In this document: in pieces, positions 27,811-35,940 of the stretch
How positions within the stretch are numbered: position 1 is the first letter of the stretch
Layout of the letters: each line of letters opens with the position of its first letter
Virus record (IMG/VR): IMGVR_UViG_3300030376_006133
Coordinates: 1 to 38,258 of that record
Length of the DNA stretch: 38,258 nt
Reading direction: 5' to 3' (one strand)
Source of the DNA: a virus
Lineage: Duplodnaviria > Caudoviricetes
Notes under the pieces: model-generated
Database searches by the model: none
What the model was told of the DNA's origin: nothing
What the model saw: only the letters and a program-made list of their open reading frames with translations
Made by a program: the position numbers and the translations under genes

Positions 27811-28903
27811 TTCTATAAGTTACATATAATCTTCTGTTAAAAGAAACTTTTCCTTTATCATCTGGCAATTCTACCATTCTTACGTTTTCTTTTTGCATAT
27901 ACTGTCTTATCTTGTTCTGTACTAATTTAAGTTTTTTGTCTATAGGTTTTATATCTTCTTTGTAACCGCTATATTCTTCTACCATATCTACAAATTTTTC
28001 ATCCGCTACCATTCTGTTAGACGGGTCTATTTTCTCTAAATAATTTTTATTGTAGTGTTTTGCGCAACCATCCGTGCCATCTACTTCGGGTCTGATTTCG
28101 TCTAACCCCATTTTCATTTGTTCTTCGTTCGTTGCGTTCTTAATAATATCTTTGCCGTGTTCCAACAATTTATGAAAATGATAACTTTCTGTTATGATTT
28201 GCTCTATTAACTCTACATCTAGATATACCTTAGCGCCTTCTATCTTTTTTAAATCTACTTGAGAATATATCTCTGCATAGATGTTTTCATTTAATGGAGT
28301 AAAAACTGTACAGTAGTGTAAACATTGTAGTATGTATCCGTAAGGTATTCCATTCTGCCACATGTTATGTTGCTGTCCGCTTATTGTTTTACACTCTACT
28401 ATAGCTTTTATTGTTTGAGGTAATTGATTAAAGTTTTCTATCAATGGATTTATTGTATCCCATTGACAGTCTTTATCAAAACACACGCCATCGGGATTAG
28501 CTACTAACCATGGGTATTGGTCATTCCATATAGTATAATTAAAATCAAATATTTTTCTTTGCTTTTCTTTCTTGTATGTGTTCTCTATAGTTTTTTCGGG
28601 ATTTTCGAAATCATAATATTGTGCAAAGTTTCTGACGCTTTCTTCATACATTACACCAAAGTATACACTCCAATTACTACTTAGGTCTGGACTTGGAGTT
28701 AACCCTAGCTTTTGGTCGAAAAGTTGAGGCTTGCTTGCATATGGATTTACTCCCATAATAACACCCATGTCGCTACCGCCTATAGCGGTATCATTTATTT
28801 CTCTTATCTGTAACCACTTTAATCTGTCTTCGTGTTTTGTTAGGTCGCCGTACTTTATAATAGTGTAGTTAGTATCGCCACACTCTACATTATACTTGTT
28901 CAT
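27797..28903 (-). CDS. YqaJ/lambda-exonuclease-family recombination nuclease
   Basis: IGGSDMGVIMGVNPY, PWLVANPDG, VECKT and YILQCLHY motifs. Confidence 0.9.
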   Translation of the reverse strand: MNKYNVECGDTNYTIIKYGDLTKHEDRLKWLQIREINDTAIGGSDMGVIMGVNPYASKPQLFDQKLGLTPSPDLSSNWSVYFGVMYEESVRNFAQYYDFENPEKTIENTYKKEKQRKIFDFNYTIWNDQYPWLVANPDGVCFDKDCQWDTINPLIENFNQLPQTIKAIVECKTISGQQHNMWQNGIPYGYILQCLHYCTVFTPLNENIYAEIYSQVDLKKIEGAKVYLDVELIEQIITESYHFHKLLEHGKDIIKNATNEEQMKMGLDEIRPEVDGTDGCAKHYNKNYLEKIDPSNRMVADEKFVDMVEEYSGYKEDIKPIDKKLKLVQNKIRQYMQKENVRMVELPDDKGKVSFNRRLYVTYRNGKK

Positions 28904-29174
28904 AGTACTGTTGTTTTAGTTTTTGTTTTTTATAGTTAAGCTTATCAAAAAGCTTGTCGTCTTTTGTGCCTTGAAAATCAAACTGATAGTGATGTTCTCT
29001 GCACAATAAAACTATGTTGTCTTCTAAAAACTTATATCTAGGATACGCGCCTTTAGAAAGTATATGAGCAAAGTAAAAAGTCTTCGCCTCATATCCTAAA
29101 TTTTTTTTACAAACGTAGCATTTATGATTTCTTTTTTGCCACACTCGTCTGAACAGTTCTTTTTGGGAGGACAT
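28890..29174 (-). CDS. HNH/zinc-finger nuclease-like protein
   Basis: CYVC..AHILSKG..NIVLLCREHH. Confidence 0.75.
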   Translation of the reverse strand: MSSQKELFRRVWQKRNHKCYVCKKNLGYEAKTFYFAHILSKGAYPRYKFLEDNIVLLCREHHYQFDFQGTKDDKLFDKLNYKKQKLKQQYYEQV

Positions 29175-29592
29175 TTTTCAAATTATTTACTAACTTGTTT
29201 TCATCTTTTTCTTCTATAATCTCATCTTGTCCAAAGAAACCGTACTTATAGAGACCTGTTAATTTTAAAACTGCTCTAGATAATGCTCTTTTTTCTGCTG
29301 TTGCTATTGGGTATTTATTTACACAATTCATTGGGCTTGCCTCACCATATGTTTCTATTGTTCTATTGCCTAACTTTCCTGTTGCTTTAACTCTTATGAA
29401 TTGCATCATTCTGCCTTCGTTCTGTACAATATCTTCATGCAAATCAAACGTTACGGACACATTATAATGTGCTTGTATCTTCTCGATACCATTTCTTTTA
29501 ATTACTTTAAATCCACGTGGGTCGTCATATAAGTCTTCTCTTACCAAACCCGCCTGTGTATATAGTTGATTTTTTAATTCAGCTTCTGTCAT
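29122..29592 (-). CDS. Putative single-strand annealing/recombination protein
   Basis: ETYGEAS..AEKRALSRAVLKLTG motif; lies next to the YqaJ exonuclease. Confidence 0.5.
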   Translation of the reverse strand: MTEAELKNQLYTQAGLVREDLYDDPRGFKVIKRNGIEKIQAHYNVSVTFDLHEDIVQNEGRMMQFIRVKATGKLGNRTIETYGEASPMNCVNKYPIATAEKRALSRAVLKLTGLYKYGFFGQDEIIEEKDENKLVNNLKNVLPKRTVQTSVAKKKS

Positions 29593-29863
29593 GTTTTAAA
29601 AATTTGTTAATAATGTTTTTGTTTATAGCGTCTTCTAACACACTATCCCATGCTATAATTTTTTTTATTTTAATATTGTCTTGTGATGTGATAAGCTTAG
29701 ACTTTAGCCTGTGTTTCTCTATTATGTTTGGATGTTTAGTTTTCATATATTTTTTAAACGAAGAGAAATTTGCCAGACTTTTTTTGTTTGACATTTTGTC
29801 TATGTCCAGATTGATGTTCCAATCCTTTACTCTTATTGTATGAAACTTTTGTTTTGCTCTCAT
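29579..29863 (-). CDS. Hypothetical basic protein
   Basis: 94-aa ORF within the operon. Confidence 0.55.
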   Translation of the reverse strand: MRAKQKFHTIRVKDWNINLDIDKMSNKKSLANFSSFKKYMKTKHPNIIEKHRLKSKLITSQDNIKIKKIIAWDSVLEDAINKNIINKFLKHDRS

Positions 29864-29951
29864 TTAGTACTTTAAATAGAGCCTCTACTACCCCTACTAA
29901 TAAAGATACTAATAATATTAGTAATATATTATGTTTTATAAATTTTCTCAT
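29754..29951 (-). CDS. Possible small membrane protein
   Basis: ILLILLVSLLVGVV TM segment, but a long overlap with the downstream ORF. Confidence 0.4.
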   Translation of the reverse strand: MRKFIKHNILLILLVSLLVGVVEALFKVLNESKTKVSYNKSKGLEHQSGHRQNVKQKKSGKFLFV

Positions 29952-30075
29952 ATCTGTCGCTGTGTATTTTTTTTAATATTTCTTCTTGTTTCTTATTAGG
30001 ATAATGTACAAAATGCGAAGCTATACTATTGCCTCCAAACAAATCTGACCTAATACCGCCCCACATCTTGAACAT
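29929..30075 (-). CDS. Small hypothetical protein (48 aa, absent from ORF track)
   Basis: MFKMWGGIRSDLFGGNSIASHFVHYPNKKQEEILKKIHSDRYEKIYKT, downstream of a candidate promoter. Confidence 0.4.
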   Translation of the reverse strand: MFKMWGGIRSDLFGGNSIASHFVHYPNKKQEEILKKIHSDRYEKIYKT

Positions 30076-30119
30076 TTAAATAAACTAATAATAACACAAA
30101 TGAAAAAAACTTCATTAGT

Positions 30120-30127
30120 CAAAACTA
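30120..30127 (-). promoter_or_regulatory. Bacteroidota-type -7 element for the replication operon
   Basis: TAGTTTTG on the - strand just after the recombinase stop. Confidence 0.55.
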
Positions 30128-30143
30128 AGAAATAAAATTCATA

Positions 30144-31124
30144 TTAAAAAATTTTTTTCATGAAATCAGCGTGTTTCTGTCGCCTGTGCTTTTCATTGAC
30201 AGCTACATATGAGTTAAAAGCTACGCTGTTCTTTGAGTGACCGCTAAATGATTTAACTGTAGCCTCGTCTACACCGTTCATTAACATTTCAGATATAAAT
30301 GTGCTACGTACTTTATGTGGTCTAATAAAATCTTTTATGTCTATAACTTCATGCGACCTTGTTCCGTCTGCTGACACTTTATCTTTAACAACCTCGCCTT
30401 TTATATTAGTGCTGTTTACCCACTTTTTAAAAGCATAGTATAAAGAATTTCTATCGTGTCTTGGAAATATTTTTTTTGCTTGTTTTTTACTGTTAAAACT
30501 GTCGCTTTTATTTTGCACCACACGTGATGATAGTAAACGCGCAACCGTTCTAGTTATAGGTACTGTTATAGTAGCGCTGTTTGTTTTACTAGGACAATAA
30601 TGTATAGAGCTAGTAGTAAAATTATCTTCTGATATATTTTCTATGTCTTTAATTCTTGCGCCTGTGATACTTAACAATAAATATAACATAGCGCCGTCAT
30701 CATCTTTTGCCTCGTCTAGTGCTAGTTTATTTAATTTTTTGTATACGTCAGTAGGAATTGTCCTAACAGGGTTGTCTAACTCCACCATATTAAAATGCTT
30801 AAAAGAGCATTTAATACCACTTTCGTCTGCATACTTTAATACAGATTTTATATAACGCATATAGTTGACAGCTGACTTATTAGAAAAGCTAAGTAAATAT
30901 TTCTTAACAGCATCTGCGTAATGCACATATTTAAGTTCGTGCTTTGCATTTTTATTAATGTTGTATGTGCTTATTTTTAAGTCGCCTATATCATTTATCA
31001 TTTTAGCAACTTGATTGTGGTATCTTTTATAAGTTACCATTGTGTTTTCTGAACGCTTCAAAATCTTGTTTTGTGAATATTCATGTTCAGAATATTTTTT
31101 ACTCATTGTAAGTAATGTTTCCAT
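30144..31124 (-). CDS. Tyrosine recombinase/integrase
   Basis: TGARIKD (R), SKT (K), HKVR (HxxR), SGHS and NSY (Y). Confidence 0.85.
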   Translation of the reverse strand: METLLTMSKKYSEHEYSQNKILKRSENTMVTYKRYHNQVAKMINDIGDLKISTYNINKNAKHELKYVHYADAVKKYLLSFSNKSAVNYMRYIKSVLKYADESGIKCSFKHFNMVELDNPVRTIPTDVYKKLNKLALDEAKDDDGAMLYLLLSITGARIKDIENISEDNFTTSSIHYCPSKTNSATITVPITRTVARLLSSRVVQNKSDSFNSKKQAKKIFPRHDRNSLYYAFKKWVNSTNIKGEVVKDKVSADGTRSHEVIDIKDFIRPHKVRSTFISEMLMNGVDEATVKSFSGHSKNSVAFNSYVAVNEKHRRQKHADFMKKIF

Positions 31125-31144
31125 ATATCTAGTAGTTTATATAA

Positions 31145-31175
31145 CAAAATTAAAAGATTTTAATATGAAAACAAA
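31145..31175 (-). promoter_or_regulatory. Full Bacteroidota sigma70 promoter for the recombinase
   Basis: TTTG (31172-31175), 19-nt spacer, TAATTTTG (31145-31152). Confidence 0.75.
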
Positions 31176-31243
31176 GTAATAGGCTCAGTAGTTCCAATTC
31201 CTACGTTTCCCGTGCAGGACACACAATATACGTAAAATCTGTA

Positions 31244-31283
31244 CTCTTACGTATATAAGAGTATTGTAAGAGTATGCTCTTAC
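31244..31283. repeat. Array of four CTCTTAC boxes at 11-bp spacing
   Basis: Boxes start at 31244, 31255, 31266 and 31277 (orientation F,R,R,F; one has a single mismatch). Confidence 0.65.
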
Positions 31284-31360
31284 GGTATATTTACCCAGAA
31301 TACTCCAGCTCCTGACAAATTCCTGAAGCTCTTTCGTAACAAAACTTTTGCGGGTAATGT

Positions 31361-31368
31361 TAGTTTTG
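31361..31368 (+). promoter_or_regulatory. Bacteroidota-type -7 element for Hsp20
   Basis: TAGTTTTG upstream of ATG 31456. Confidence 0.5.
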
Positions 31369-31455
31369 GCATAAAAGTTGTAGTAGTAATAGTAGGGAAA
31401 CAAATGTTCCCGCCTTGTATAACGATAGACTTATAGCTATCATAAATTTTATATT

Positions 31456-31878
31456 ATGACTTTATTACAAAACAGAATGAACAGCGCTTTTGATATTTTA
31501 TTTAAAGACGCATGGGGAGAACTAACAAACGATTATGTTCCCGCATTAAATAGTAAAATCCATTATCCTATTGACATATACGAATATGAAGATGGTATGA
31601 AACTTGAAATAGCCTGTGTAGGACTAAACAAAAGTGACATAGACATTAACATAAACGGGGATGTTATTAGTATTTCATCAGACAAACAAAAGAAAGATGA
31701 CACCGCCTCTGCAATTTGGTACTGTAAAAACATTACTCGTCGAGGTTTTAAACATGAGTACAAAATATCTACGCGTTTTGATTTGTCAAAATCTAACGCC
31801 AACATGGATAAAGGTTTATTAATAATTGACATACCGTTTTCGGAAAACAAAAAACCAAAAACATTAACAATAGACTAA
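31456..31878 (+). CDS. Small heat-shock protein (Hsp20/alpha-crystallin family)
   Basis: YPIDIYE..LEIACVGLNKSDIDI..ITRRGF..ANMDKGLLIIDIP. Confidence 0.9.
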   Translation: MTLLQNRMNSAFDILFKDAWGELTNDYVPALNSKIHYPIDIYEYEDGMKLEIACVGLNKSDIDININGDVISISSDKQKKDDTASAIWYCKNITRRGFKHEYKISTRFDLSKSNANMDKGLLIIDIPFSENKKPKTLTID

Positions 31879-31911
31879 CCTTTTCCAAATACTTATCCTT
31901 ATCCTTAGACT

Positions 31912-32018
31912 TCAATGAGGGTCAATGAGGGTCAATGAGGGTCAATGAGGGTCAATTAGGGTTCTTTAGGGTTTCTTAGGGTTCTTTAGGGGTTCTTTAG
32001 GGTTTCTTAGGGTATGGG
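31912..32018. repeat. 10-bp tandem array with 11 G-tracts
   Basis: (TCAATGAGGG)x4, TCAATTAGGG, five TTCTTTAGGG/TTTCTTAGGG units, then TATGGG. Confidence 0.95.
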
Positions 32019-32044
32019 TAATTACAAATTTTTGTGATGATAGT

Positions 32045-32075
32045 AAAGAGCAATTATATAGTTGCTCTTTTTTTT
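32045..32075 (+). terminator. Intrinsic terminator for the Hsp20 transcript
   Basis: AAAGAGCAAT-TATATA-GTTGCTCTTT followed by a T run. Confidence 0.8.
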
Positions 32076-32128
32076 ATATTGATATTTCTCATCTGGTTCT
32101 GACTGGAGGTTGGGACTCATATCCTGAA

Positions 32129-32188
32129 CTCTTAGATATAATATACTACCTCTTACAAACTCTTACATTAGTGAGAGTATAGTAAGAG
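32129..32188. repeat. Second array of CTCTTAC boxes
   Basis: Boxes at 32129, 32150, 32160 (F) and 32171, 32182 (R); two have a single mismatch. Confidence 0.6.
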
Positions 32189-32382
32189 CGTAATAACTCC
32201 TCCTTCCTTCTCACTGCTGGTTAAAATCTCTCACCTGCTTAGATAAAATTTTTTATAATTTGTAAATTTTCCATAATGGCACAAATACAGGTATTTTGGC
32301 TAAAATTTTGTTATTTGCTTAAAAACGAACTCCATACATGCGCTCTAACAGACTATCTCAATGTAGTTGGTATGTTGGTATC

Positions 32383-32410
32383 AAAAAAAAAGGGAGCTTT
32401 TAAACTCCCC
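32383..32410 (-). terminator. Intrinsic terminator of the early operon
   Basis: GGGAGUUU-AA-AAGCUCCC followed by U9 on the - strand. Confidence 0.85.
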
Positions 32411-32427
32411 AAAATAATACACGTGCG
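32383..32427 (-). ncRNA. Candidate antisense small RNA (3'UTR-derived or from its own promoter)
   Basis: CACGUGUAUUAUUUU directly before the terminator, complementary to the early-gene leaders; TATCTTTA near-consensus -7 element just upstream. Confidence 0.45.
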
Positions 32428-32442
32428 TAAAGATACTAAAAA

Positions 32443-32643
32443 TTACGCATTTTTAATTGTTTTAAATTTATCTAATATCTCGTCTATCTCTTCAACCACA
32501 TCTTTCATCTCACGCCTTACATTAGATAAGTATTCTGTCTTGCCACTTTTATAATAATTAAACTTTACGTCTAGTGTTTCGTAGATTCTATCCATCATAA
32601 AATCTTTATGATTATAAGTTTCTTTATCAGATAAATATTTCAT
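32443..32643 (-). CDS. Hypothetical protein
   Basis: 66 aa; A-rich leader; last gene before the terminator. Confidence 0.65.
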   Translation of the reverse strand: MKYLSDKETYNHKDFMMDRIYETLDVKFNYYKSGKTEYLSNVRREMKDVVEEIDEILDKFKTIKNA

Positions 32644-32649
32644 AATAAT

Positions 32650-32805
32650 TTATTTAGTTAACAATTTATAATACAATATAGTCTTTTCTACTGATTCATC
32701 TATTTTGTGCCAAAGGTCTGATTCAGTATCATTTTGTGAAAATTCTATATACATTTTTATAACCTTACGGCTATCTTCTAAATACTTTAATTGTTTTTTA
32801 CTCAT
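32650..32805 (-). CDS. Small hypothetical protein (51 aa, absent from ORF track)
   Basis: MSKKQLKYLEDSRKVIKMYIEFSQNDTESDLWHKIDESVEKTILYYKLLTK fills the gap. Confidence 0.65.
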   Translation of the reverse strand: MSKKQLKYLEDSRKVIKMYIEFSQNDTESDLWHKIDESVEKTILYYKLLTK

Positions 32806-33061
32806 TGTTTTCCTCTTTATATATTGATTCGTCTCTTATCTTCTTAACTTCATCATTTATAATAAACGTAGCATCAATATGTTTTTTGAACATTTTAATT
32901 TTACCGCTATCCCTAACGTGTCCGACAATCATGGTCTTTAAATGCGTTATCTTGTCGTCATCATCGGGCTGTATATAGCCATCGCCTTTCAGCCCTTTCG
33001 TAAAATTATAAAAGGACTGAAACAATACAACGTCATACTCAAAATATATACTATTAGTCAT
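32798..33061 (-). CDS. Hypothetical protein
   Basis: 87 aa with overlapping operon structure; GDGYIQPDDD. Confidence 0.65.
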   Translation of the reverse strand: MTNSIYFEYDVVLFQSFYNFTKGLKGDGYIQPDDDDKITHLKTMIVGHVRDSGKIKMFKKHIDATFIINDEVKKIRDESIYKEENNE

Positions 33062-33299
33062 TGCTTTTCTTTTTTAAATTATAATCTTTAGCTAGAATAA
33101 ACATAGCATTAGCAATATCCTCTCTCATAGATTCAAAAGTATCTACTAATAATTCCATAGCCTCGTCATTACTACACTCATATAACTCCTTTACATTATT
33201 TATGTGCCATAATTCACATGTTTGCCATCCTTTATCCTCTAAAAACTTTTTAGCTTTCCACTCTTTATCAGTTATTACCATTACTAACCCCCTCTCCAT
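33054..33299 (-). CDS. Hypothetical protein
   Basis: 81 aa; true start may be 33281. Confidence 0.6.
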   Translation of the reverse strand: MERGLVMVITDKEWKAKKFLEDKGWQTCELWHINNVKELYECSNDEAMELLVDTFESMREDIANAMFILAKDYNLKKKSND

Positions 33300-33723
33300 C
33301 TTGTAACAATGTTTTGCCCGCTACAGATAACTTATTACTAGGTATCTTAAGAAACGTATAACCCTGTTTTTCTATCTCACTCTTTTGCCTTAGTTCTTCC
33401 TCTATCTTACCAAACTTTACTACACATTTTTTCAGAACGTAATACATATTTTTTCTGATAATGTAATAGTCGCCTTTGCTATTTGTTTTTTCTATAGTAT
33501 CGACAGCTAAAATCATTTCTTTAATAGCCTTAAACATAAAGTTATATTGATGTATATAATCATCAAACTTTAAGTCTTTCATGTCGCTTACTAATCTATT
33601 AGAATTAATTAGCGCATCGCGTTCCTCTTTTGGTAAAAACTGCGCAAGAAACTCAATCTCTTTCATTGGCTCTGCACAATCGCTTAATATCCATTTTGCG
33701 TACTGCTCTTTAAACCCCCCCAT
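33268..33723 (-). CDS. Hypothetical protein
   Basis: Start placed at Met10 of the track ORF, which overlaps the upstream small gene. Confidence 0.6.
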   Translation of the reverse strand: MGGFKEQYAKWILSDCAEPMKEIEFLAQFLPKEERDALINSNRLVSDMKDLKFDDYIHQYNFMFKAIKEMILAVDTIEKTNSKGDYYIIRKNMYYVLKKCVVKFGKIEEELRQKSEIEKQGYTFLKIPSNKLSVAGKTLLQDGEGVSNGNN

Positions 33724-33856
33724 TGTTACCCCCTTTCTTTTGTTTATCATACATCTTCTTGTAATCTTGCCCCCACGCTTTAAATAATTGTTCTAGTTGT
33801 TTAATGGACGCTTGCTCTCCTTGAGAGCCTGCGCCTTTTTTATTTGTTTTACTCAT
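33710..33856 (-). CDS. Small hypothetical protein (48 aa, absent from ORF track)
   Basis: MSKTNKKGAGSQGEQASIKQLEQLFKAWGQDYKKMYDKQKKGGNNGGV, starting 4 nt after the VWA gene stop. Confidence 0.6.
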   Translation of the reverse strand: MSKTNKKGAGSQGEQASIKQLEQLFKAWGQDYKKMYDKQKKGGNNGGV

Positions 33857-33860
33857 AGTT

Positions 33861-35939
33861 TTAATTGTTAATTAATAATCTTTGTATTCTTGTTCTAATT
33901 AGCCTAACAATATTGTTAGTCATTTGATTAAAATTTTTGAACTGCACCCAATCTTTGAACATCTCATTAGTTTTATATTTTGTTCCTATACCTATTTGCA
34001 TTGGTACAAAACCCATTGAAGATATTTTATCTACAGCCCACTTAGTTTCAGCGACAGCTTTTCCGCCCGCTTGATTTACCCATTTAGTATCATAGCTTAC
34101 GCATGGCAAACCATCAGACAAAACAATAAATAAACATTTGCTATCTGTGTGCTTTCGTACACGTTGCGCGCTGTCCATAATAGATACATAGTCAGCGTTA
34201 GCGCATCTACCTCTAATATTAGTTAGGCTAGCATCGTTGTTTATGTTATTCTCTTTATAGATATATAGGTTATCAGAAAACTTACTATCGAAACCGTATA
34301 TAAATAACTCTAAGTCATCTATAGTCTTAAGAGCCTCATTAAACATAATGGCTATCTTTTTAGCTATTTCGTACTTAGGCACATCATCTATCCAATCGTT
34401 CATGCTACCGCTCTCGTCTATTAATAAACAGATAGATAACTTTTCCTTTGTGCCGTCTGATTTTCTACTATACACAAACTCGTCTCCGATATAACCGTCA
34501 ACTAGTTTATCTAATTTACCGTTTCGCTGTGACTTCTTAATATCATTGTGTGCTGTCATCTGAACACGCAAAGCGTTAGATAATCTTTTGATATTAAACT
34601 TACAGTCTCTTTTAATCAAACCATATTCGTGATGGGATAAACCGTCTTCGTTAACTGTAGGAACTATCTCTTTACTCATAGAGGAACTAACAGTACCCGC
34701 GACACTATCGCGCCAATCAACGATATTGCTTTCTAAATCTTTGACTTGCTTATTACGTGTCGTTTCTGTAGATTTTTTAGCTACTTTCGTTTGTATTCCA
34801 ATAGGACTTGCCGAGCCTCTTTGCTTTTTAGCTGTAGAAGAACTTAAAATTCTGTTAATATCGCTAGCGTCATATTCGCCCCATCTTAAAGAACTTTTTA
34901 ATTGTTCTTTTAAATCATCTAGCTTTTCCCAATATTCGTCTTTTAACTTTTCAGCTTTTTCGTCTTTATATTTGCTAGGCTTATCCTCTATCTTCTTTAA
35001 TTTATCAAGTACGCTCTCTCTTTCTTCTTTTAATAATTCCTTGCAAATTTCGTCTACCTGTTCCCAGACACTTTTTGGAACTTGCCCGTTACCGTTGCTA
35101 CTCTTAATACTATTGAGAGTACTCTCAGATATACTCTTATTGTTCTGAGAGGTAAAATTATCCATGTGATACCTGGAAATTAAATCGTAGATTTTTTTAC
35201 CACGTATAGTCATTTGCTTATAAGACGTCGGGTAATCTTCTAAAATTTCTGTTACTTCTTCTAAGAATTTTCTATAGTCAATATTAGATTTAGCAAGCTT
35301 ATAATTCTTAACGCATTCTTCTAACACGTTTAATGTATCTTCAACGTGTTTTGGATACCTCACTAACAATAACACTAGGTTAATCATGTTACCTATAGTG
35401 TTATTTATAACATCATCATTTTCATTATCGGGTGTCTTGTATAGTTTATCGAAATAATAATTTTTGATACTAGCTAAACAGTCACTATATCCGACGTAGT
35501 CATCTACGATTTTGCGCTCGATTCTTTCGTCTTCTAAGATGTTTAATATGCTGTGATGTATATTATCTATAGACCTAACACTTTTGAAAGGCGTATACAT
35601 TACGTGTGCGCTTTCGTGCGTTACTTCGCCATAGACTACGTCTAGTTTTTCCGACGTCGTTAAATTTCTATCAGATAAAACCTTTGTAGCAACGTTAATA
35701 ATACGTCCGTCTGTAGAATTTTCTTCTTTAGTAAATACTAAAGAGGCTTTTTTATCTACGCCTAAGTTATTCATTCTAGCGCGACAAAGTTTATAAGCTT
35801 TGACGTCTAAATTGTTTTTGCTTACGTTTCGCGCAATGTATCCCGCGCCCGTCTGACCGCCAAAGTCTATAAGACCCGTACCGTTTTTGACGTAGGAGTT
35901 ATTTCTGTCGTTAAATAATCTATCTATATTAAAAGTCAT
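33861..35939 (-). CDS. VWA-domain protein (CobT/NorD-like) with N-terminal HExxH motif
   Basis: HESAH and NILEDERIE at the N-terminus; MIDAS LLIDESGSM; IVLSDGLP. Confidence 0.85.
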   Translation of the reverse strand: MTFNIDRLFNDRNNSYVKNGTGLIDFGGQTGAGYIARNVSKNNLDVKAYKLCRARMNNLGVDKKASLVFTKEENSTDGRIINVATKVLSDRNLTTSEKLDVVYGEVTHESAHVMYTPFKSVRSIDNIHHSILNILEDERIERKIVDDYVGYSDCLASIKNYYFDKLYKTPDNENDDVINNTIGNMINLVLLLVRYPKHVEDTLNVLEECVKNYKLAKSNIDYRKFLEEVTEILEDYPTSYKQMTIRGKKIYDLISRYHMDNFTSQNNKSISESTLNSIKSSNGNGQVPKSVWEQVDEICKELLKEERESVLDKLKKIEDKPSKYKDEKAEKLKDEYWEKLDDLKEQLKSSLRWGEYDASDINRILSSSTAKKQRGSASPIGIQTKVAKKSTETTRNKQVKDLESNIVDWRDSVAGTVSSSMSKEIVPTVNEDGLSHHEYGLIKRDCKFNIKRLSNALRVQMTAHNDIKKSQRNGKLDKLVDGYIGDEFVYSRKSDGTKEKLSICLLIDESGSMNDWIDDVPKYEIAKKIAIMFNEALKTIDDLELFIYGFDSKFSDNLYIYKENNINNDASLTNIRGRCANADYVSIMDSAQRVRKHTDSKCLFIVLSDGLPCVSYDTKWVNQAGGKAVAETKWAVDKISSMGFVPMQIGIGTKYKTNEMFKDWVQFKNFNQMTNNIVRLIRTRIQRLLINN

Positions 35940-35940
35940 C

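Noticed and set aside
31185-31403. 72-aa - strand ORF between the recombinase and Hsp20
   Set aside because: No protein-like features; overlaps promoter elements and the CTCTTAC array, so better read as regulatory DNA.
31912-32018. CRISPR array or eukaryotic telomere contamination
   Set aside because: Units are contiguous 10-mers without spacers; TTAGGG occurs with a 10-bp rather than 6-bp period and is flanked by phage-like sequence.
31125-32440. tRNA or theta-ribozyme/tRNA cassette in the non-coding island
   Set aside because: No cloverleaf or TTCGA T-loop recognised by eye; tRNAscan-SE would be the definitive test.
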